Shown: positions 59,412 to 64,000 of the stretch, piece after piece
Numbering within the stretch: position 1 is the stretch's first letter
How the letters are laid out: each line of letters opens with the position of its first letter
NCBI GenBank assembly: GCA_963697035.1
Contig: CAVOMN010000004.1
Location: 27,723 to 91,722 of the forward strand
DNA length: 64,000 bases
Source: an uncultured Acidobacteriaceae bacterium
GTDB lineage: Bacteria > Acidobacteriota > Terriglobia > Terriglobales > Acidobacteriaceae
Direction: 5' to 3'
Notes under the pieces: generated by a model
Told to the model about the DNA's origin: nothing
The model's database searches: none
What the model saw: the letters and a program-made list of their open reading frames with translations, nothing else
Made by a program: the position numbers and the translations under genes

Positions 59412-62400
59412 ATGGCAAATTGCTTCTCCGCTGCTGGGTCAAACTCTAAATCAGGCAGTGCGATTCCAAGCCGGAGGCAGTTCCTATACTCGGCCGGCTG
59501 CGTTGCCGCTGTACCCGTAGCACTTTCGGCGGCATCGCACATCGTGCAATCCCCTGCCGAAGAGTCCTACAGCCAGGTTTTTTCGCTGGATGGTTCGGAC
59601 TGGCTCCTCTCGACTGATCCTGACAACAGCGGCCGCAATCGGGACTGGATCAAAGGCCCCGCACAAGGCGCGATACCAGCGCGAGTGCCTTGGGTAATTC
59701 AGGATGCCTTTCCCGACTACCACGGCGTCGCGTGGTACTGGCGGCAGTTTCCGGTTCCAGCGCCCAGTCAACCTGACGGACGATATCTTCTACGCTTCCA
59801 CGCCGTAGACTATCTTGGCGAGGTCTGGGTAAACGGAACGCGCATAGGCATTCACGAAGGCGGTGAAGAACCTTTTGTACTCGACGCGACCGCGGCCGTC
59901 CGGCCGGGACAGACGAATCAGATCGCGGTCAGAGTTCTCAATCCTACCCATGAATTGATTGACGGGATTCGGCTTGAAGAAGTGGCTACCGGACGCCGCG
60001 ACTATCCTGTGCCGCGCGATAACGCCTACAACACGGGCGGCATTACCGGATCGGTCGAGTTGCTGCTCACCCCTGTCGTCCGCGTCGAAGACGTTTATGT
60101 GGTTCCGGACTGGAAAACCGGAGACATCCACATCCAGGCAACGATTCGGAATGCAAGCGAAAAGGCGGTGCGTGGACTCACTGTTTTTCACTGCGCACCC
60201 GCCGGAGCGGCGGAGACGGTCGCAGCGGTTACCTCGGAGCAGCCACTGCAACCGGGCGACAATACTGTCCACGCGGTCCTGCGAGTTCCCGGCCATCGGC
60301 TCTGGGAGCTGAATGATCCGTTCCTTTATCGCGTGACGGCGCGCGTGCGAGCTCCGGGAAGCGCTGGGGTGGACGAGCGATCGGTTCGATGCGGATTCCG
60401 CGACTTCCGTTTTGAGAATAATTATTTTCGCCTGAACGGACGCCGCATTCGCGTTCACGGCGCACTTTACACCGTTCTGCAATTTCCTGTCTCCGAGACA
60501 ACGCCTTACGACGAAGACCTGTTGAGGCGCGACATGCTCAACATGAAGGCGATGGGCTTTAACGCAATCCGCATCACCTGCGGCGCGGCGCTGCCCCGGC
60601 AACTCGATTTGCTCGATGAGCTTGGCTTGTTGGCCTGCGAAGAGCATTTTGGCGCGCGCGAACTCGCTCCCTCGCCGAAACTCGAAGAGCGCTGGGATCG
60701 CAGTATTGACGGGGTGATCCGGCGTGATCGAAACCATCCTTCGATTGTGATGTGGTCGCTTTTGAACGAAGTGAAAGATGGGCGGCTATTCCGCCACGCG
60801 GTGGGGTCCTTGTCCCGGGTGCGCGACCTGGATGACGGCCGGATCATCCTGGTGGGCAGCGGCCGCTTTGATAACGACGCGAAAGTCGGGAGCCTCAGCA
60901 ATCCGGGATCGCGAGAATGGGAGTTGACTAACCTGCACGATGTGCACGCCTATCCTAACTTTCCGCACTCCGCCGCAGATTCGCGGATGATGCGCGGAGC
61001 GAGCGACCGGTTTGAGTTCCTCGGTGCGTTCAACATGGGGTCCGAGAATTCGGAGGAATGGAAGCCACTGCTTTTGTCGGAATATGGCGTTTGCGGTGCT
61101 CAGGACTATCCGCGATTTCTGCGCCACTTCGAACAGCTGGGAAAAGAGCATGCTGCCGACGCGGCGCTGTTCCGCAAAAAGATGGATGCCTTCGAGGCCG
61201 ACTGGCAAAAATTCCGGCTCGATGAGTGTTGGGCCCGTCCGGAGGATTACTTTGCCGAGAGCCAGCGCCTGCAGGCCAAGCTAGCGCTCACCGATTACAA
61301 CACGTGGATGGCGAATCCTACCCTCATCGGCGACTTTAACTCCACTCAGATTGTGGATGCGTGGTTCCATGGCTGCGGAATCACCACCTATTTCCGTGAA
61401 CTCAAGCCCGGCATGGCCGATGCTTTCAACGACATGGCATCGCCAGTTCGCTTGTGCCTCTTCTCCGACCAGATGAATGTTTACCCGGGTGCCACGGTGC
61501 ATCTGGAGGCATACCTGGTGAACCTGGATGCCCTGAAGCCGGGAACTTATCCGATTCGGTTTCAAGTTGTAGGCCCGAATGTCAGCCGGCAACTGGATAC
61601 GACGATCCAAGTGGAAGTTCCCGACGCCGGGCACGAGCCTGCGTTCGCCCGCTCGATCTTCACTCACGATTTGGCTGCAGCCGGTCCCGCTGGACGATAC
61701 CGGTTCTTAGCCACATTCGAGCACGGAGCCGTTGCCGGTGGCGGGGAAGCAGAGTTTTATGTTGGCGATAGAGCAGGACTGCCCGAAGTTCCTGTCGAGG
61801 TTGTTTTGTGGGGCGGGGATCAACAGCTCGCCGCGTGGCTCAAGGACCGGGGAATACGATTCCGGGATTCGCTTTCACCCACACAAACGGCGCGTGAAGT
61901 CATCGTGGTTTCCGGAAAACCTGCGACAACAGATGCCGCGGCCGCATTCCGTGAACTTGCGCGGCGCGTTGCGCGGGGCTCGACGGCGCTGTTCCTGACT
62001 CCTGAAACCCTGGTGGAAGAAACCTACCCACGAAATCCCGAGAACCTAGTGCAGGAAATCTTTACCGGAAAGCCCAGGACCATACGGTGGGTACCGTTGG
62101 AATCCAGGACGCGGCTGCAACTGTGCCATACGCAAAATTGGTATTTTCGCGCCGATCCCTGGGCGAAAGAACACGCCGTGTTTAGTGGGCTTCCCTCCGG
62201 CGGCATTCTGGATTACACGTTCTATCGCGACATTATCAGCGCCACTGTCTTTCGTGGGCTTGACCAACCAGTGGAGGCGATTTCGGGGGCAATCCAAACC
62301 AGCGGTGGCCCGGACGACTACGAGTCGGACCTTACGGTAGCGGCATACAAATTCGGGGCCGGACGCGTCATCCTGAACAGCCTGAAAATTCGAGAGAACC

Positions 62401-62531
62401 TGGGAATTGCCCCCCCTGCTGAAAGGCTAATCCGTAATTTTCTAAATTATGCCGCCCAGGGAATCGAGCAGCCGCTGGTGGACTTGCCTGCCGGATTTGA
62501 TGAATATCTCCGTAAGCTCTATGGAACCTGA
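59412..62531 (+). CDS. glycoside hydrolase family 2 protein with Tat-type signal
   Basis: SRRQFLYSAG twin-arginine motif. GH2 sugar-binding N-domain (YHGVAWYWRQF..LRFHAVDYLGEVWVNG..HEGGEEPFVLD). Barrel motifs (FNAIRIT, RDRNHPSIVMWSLLNEV). Confidence 0.85.
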   Translation: MANCFSAAGSNSKSGSAIPSRRQFLYSAGCVAAVPVALSAASHIVQSPAEESYSQVFSLDGSDWLLSTDPDNSGRNRDWIKGPAQGAIPARVPWVIQDAFPDYHGVAWYWRQFPVPAPSQPDGRYLLRFHAVDYLGEVWVNGTRIGIHEGGEEPFVLDATAAVRPGQTNQIAVRVLNPTHELIDGIRLEEVATGRRDYPVPRDNAYNTGGITGSVELLLTPVVRVEDVYVVPDWKTGDIHIQATIRNASEKAVRGLTVFHCAPAGAAETVAAVTSEQPLQPGDNTVHAVLRVPGHRLWELNDPFLYRVTARVRAPGSAGVDERSVRCGFRDFRFENNYFRLNGRRIRVHGALYTVLQFPVSETTPYDEDLLRRDMLNMKAMGFNAIRITCGAALPRQLDLLDELGLLACEEHFGARELAPSPKLEERWDRSIDGVIRRDRNHPSIVMWSLLNEVKDGRLFRHAVGSLSRVRDLDDGRIILVGSGRFDNDAKVGSLSNPGSREWELTNLHDVHAYPNFPHSAADSRMMRGASDRFEFLGAFNMGSENSEEWKPLLLSEYGVCGAQDYPRFLRHFEQLGKEHAADAALFRKKMDAFEADWQKFRLDECWARPEDYFAESQRLQAKLALTDYNTWMANPTLIGDFNSTQIVDAWFHGCGITTYFRELKPGMADAFNDMASPVRLCLFSDQMNVYPGATVHLEAYLVNLDALKPGTYPIRFQVVGPNVSRQLDTTIQVEVPDAGHEPAFARSIFTHDLAAAGPAGRYRFLATFEHGAVAGGGEAEFYVGDRAGLPEVPVEVVLWGGDQQLAAWLKDRGIRFRDSLSPTQTAREVIVVSGKPATTDAAAAFRELARRVARGSTALFLTPETLVEETYPRNPENLVQEIFTGKPRTIRWVPLESRTRLQLCHTQNWYFRADPWAKEHAVFSGLPSGGILDYTFYRDIISATVFRGLDQPVEAISGAIQTSGGPDDYESDLTVAAYKFGAGRVILNSLKIRENLGIAPPAERLIRNFLNYAAQGIEQPLVDLPAGFDEYLRKLYGT

Positions 62532-62967
62532 GAAATCCAAGGCGCTCCACGCTCGCTGTCTGCTCCTCCCTGAAGGCGCGCGTCTCAAGAGGTCACCCGA
62601 GACCGCGAACCGCTTCCTTAGGAGAGGTCGACTGACAAGAAATTCCTATTACACTCATTTTGCCCATAGTAGCGATGGGCAATTGAGATGGTCGTTGCAC
62701 AAGCGCCAGTTTCTTGCCTCTCGTTTCGAGACGTTTGCCGGGAAGGCCTATCACTTCTTCAAGCAGGCCACGTCTGGGTGACCGTCCAGGAGGTCATCGA
62801 GCCGCTCGCGCATCCCTTTTAGCCAGGCCATGCACTCGTTCCCAACCAGTATCGGGGGGCAACGTTAGGCCCCTCTATCTCCAAACCATTCGCGTTGACG
62901 GCTCGAATCTGCCAAGCCTAAAATGCAATTCGCGGCGGAAACTCTCGGTTTTTTGGCGACCGGCCTT

Positions 62968-64000
62968 ATGAAGAGACGAGGCTTTCTCAAAAACGCTGCA
63001 GTTTCCACTTTTGCGGTCACACCTCTCGTCCGCAGATTAGCCTCATTCACCGGCCAACCAACAGCAATCGGGCAAGACGAAATCCAGCATGGTAACAATT
63101 ATGGGCGGCCCTTCGAACCGCCTACCCGCCCGGCCCTTCTGCCCTTACCCCCCGGAGCCGTGGAACCACAAGGCTGGCTGCGTGATTGGTGCGTCACCGC
63201 AAAAAACGGATACACCGGCCACATGGATGAGTTCTCTCCCGCTTTCCAGCAGGCCTGGGACGCCGATTTCACTCCGCGCGGCGAAAAATTGCGGCTGTGG
63301 GATAAAGGCGCGTGGCCGCTCGAAGGCGGTGGCTATTGGTTCGACGGCTTGTTGAAACTCGGCTACGCCCTGCACGATGAGTCTTTGATCAATCAAGCCA
63401 AGGCACGACTCGATGTCGTCGTCAATCACATGAATGCGAACAGCATTCTTTTTATCTGGTGGCTCAACCGAAACAAACCCGAGGACATGTCAGACGACGA
63501 GGCTGGCAACCCTGCATGGTGGCCGTCCTGGCCTAGTGGGTTCATGGGACGAACCCTCGCCGCCTACTACGCCGCTTCCAGCGATTCCCGGATTCTGCAG
63601 GCCCTTCAATGGGCCTACGACGCGAAGTACAACTGGCTGCGGGTACGAGGCGCCCAAACCAACATCTTCCCGGCATTTGAAACCTACACCTGGACGGGCA
63701 ACAAAGAGGTTCAGGCCTCTCTTAACGAACTGTTCGCTAAGGGAGTGAACAAGAGTATTCCGGGCAAGCCCGAGGAAATTGGCATGCCTTACTCCATCGT
63801 CATGCCCAACGGAAACGGTCCCTGGTACACCCAGGCCGGCCACTACAGCTATGAAGACGGTGGGTGGGTTTCAACCGAAGCTGTTCATGGCGTGATGTTC
63901 AACGAGCTTTCCAGTCCGTGGGTGTTGGGTTACCTGTGGACTGGCGACCGCAAATTCCTCGATGCCGTCTCCCGCTACTACGACATGATGGAAGAGGACG
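62968..64000 (+). CDS. Tat-secreted putative glycoside hydrolase, 3'-truncated by the window end
   Basis: Hand-translated frame open from ATG 62968 to the window end. MKRRGFLKNAAVSTFAV.. then GGYWFDGLLKLGYALHD.. Absent from the ORF track because no stop falls in the window. Confidence 0.7.
   Translation, partial: MKRRGFLKNAAVSTFAVTPLVRRLASFTGQPTAIGQDEIQHGNNYGRPFEPPTRPALLPLPPGAVEPQGWLRDWCVTAKNGYTGHMDEFSPAFQQAWDADFTPRGEKLRLWDKGAWPLEGGGYWFDGLLKLGYALHDESLINQAKARLDVVVNHMNANSILFIWWLNRNKPEDMSDDEAGNPAWWPSWPSGFMGRTLAAYYAASSDSRILQALQWAYDAKYNWLRVRGAQTNIFPAFETYTWTGNKEVQASLNELFAKGVNKSIPGKPEEIGMPYSIVMPNGNGPWYTQAGHYSYEDGGWVSTEAVHGVMFNELSSPWVLGYLWTGDRKFLDAVSRYYDMMEED

Overview
GC-rich bacterial chromosomal window. 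The gene content (Hanks kinase with TPR domain, DUF4118 histidine kinase, OmpL-like porin, many Crp/Fnr paralogs, glycoside hydrolases) suggests Acidobacteriota, but that is inference only. No rRNA genes, intact tRNA genes, CRISPR arrays or intact mobile elements were seen.

Layout:
1. 0.2-10 kb: Ser/Thr signalling neighbourhood. It holds an FHA-GAF-PP2C phosphatase, a secreted lectin/Ig-like protein, a Hanks kinase-TPR protein, a STAS antagonist and two small proteins.
2. 10.1-20 kb: uninterrupted run of multiply frameshifted genes. These are eda, a complete heavy-metal RND efflux operon (adaptor, pump, outer-membrane factor), a porin and a LysR regulator.
3. 20.3-26.2 kb: intact sensor kinase, OmpR-type regulator and small secreted protein, preceded by an unusual cytoplasmic TIR protein fused to about 700 aa of YD/RHS-like repeats.
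4. 26.2-35.3 kb: partly decayed sugar-acid locus with a divergent LysR regulator.
5. 35.3-46.2 kb: accessory-looking region that appears AT-richer by eye (not computed). It starts at a 3' fragment of an initiator tRNA-Met. It carries three closely related Crp/Fnr paralogs, two response regulators, several zinc-ribbon mini-proteins, a SYLF protein and a Cys-rich 32-aa-repeat protein. Five copies of a shared 18-19 nt quasi-palindrome sit in its promoter regions.
6. 46.4-54.8 kb: an envelope operon and a GT4-GH130 operon, both riddled with frameshifts.
7. 55.9-64 kb: intact carbohydrate and 2-hydroxyacid genes.

Most notable items: the TIR-YD protein, the putative Crp/Fnr regulon with its motif, and the sharply bimodal distribution of frameshifts. 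All family calls come from reading the translated ORFs by eye. No database search was run.
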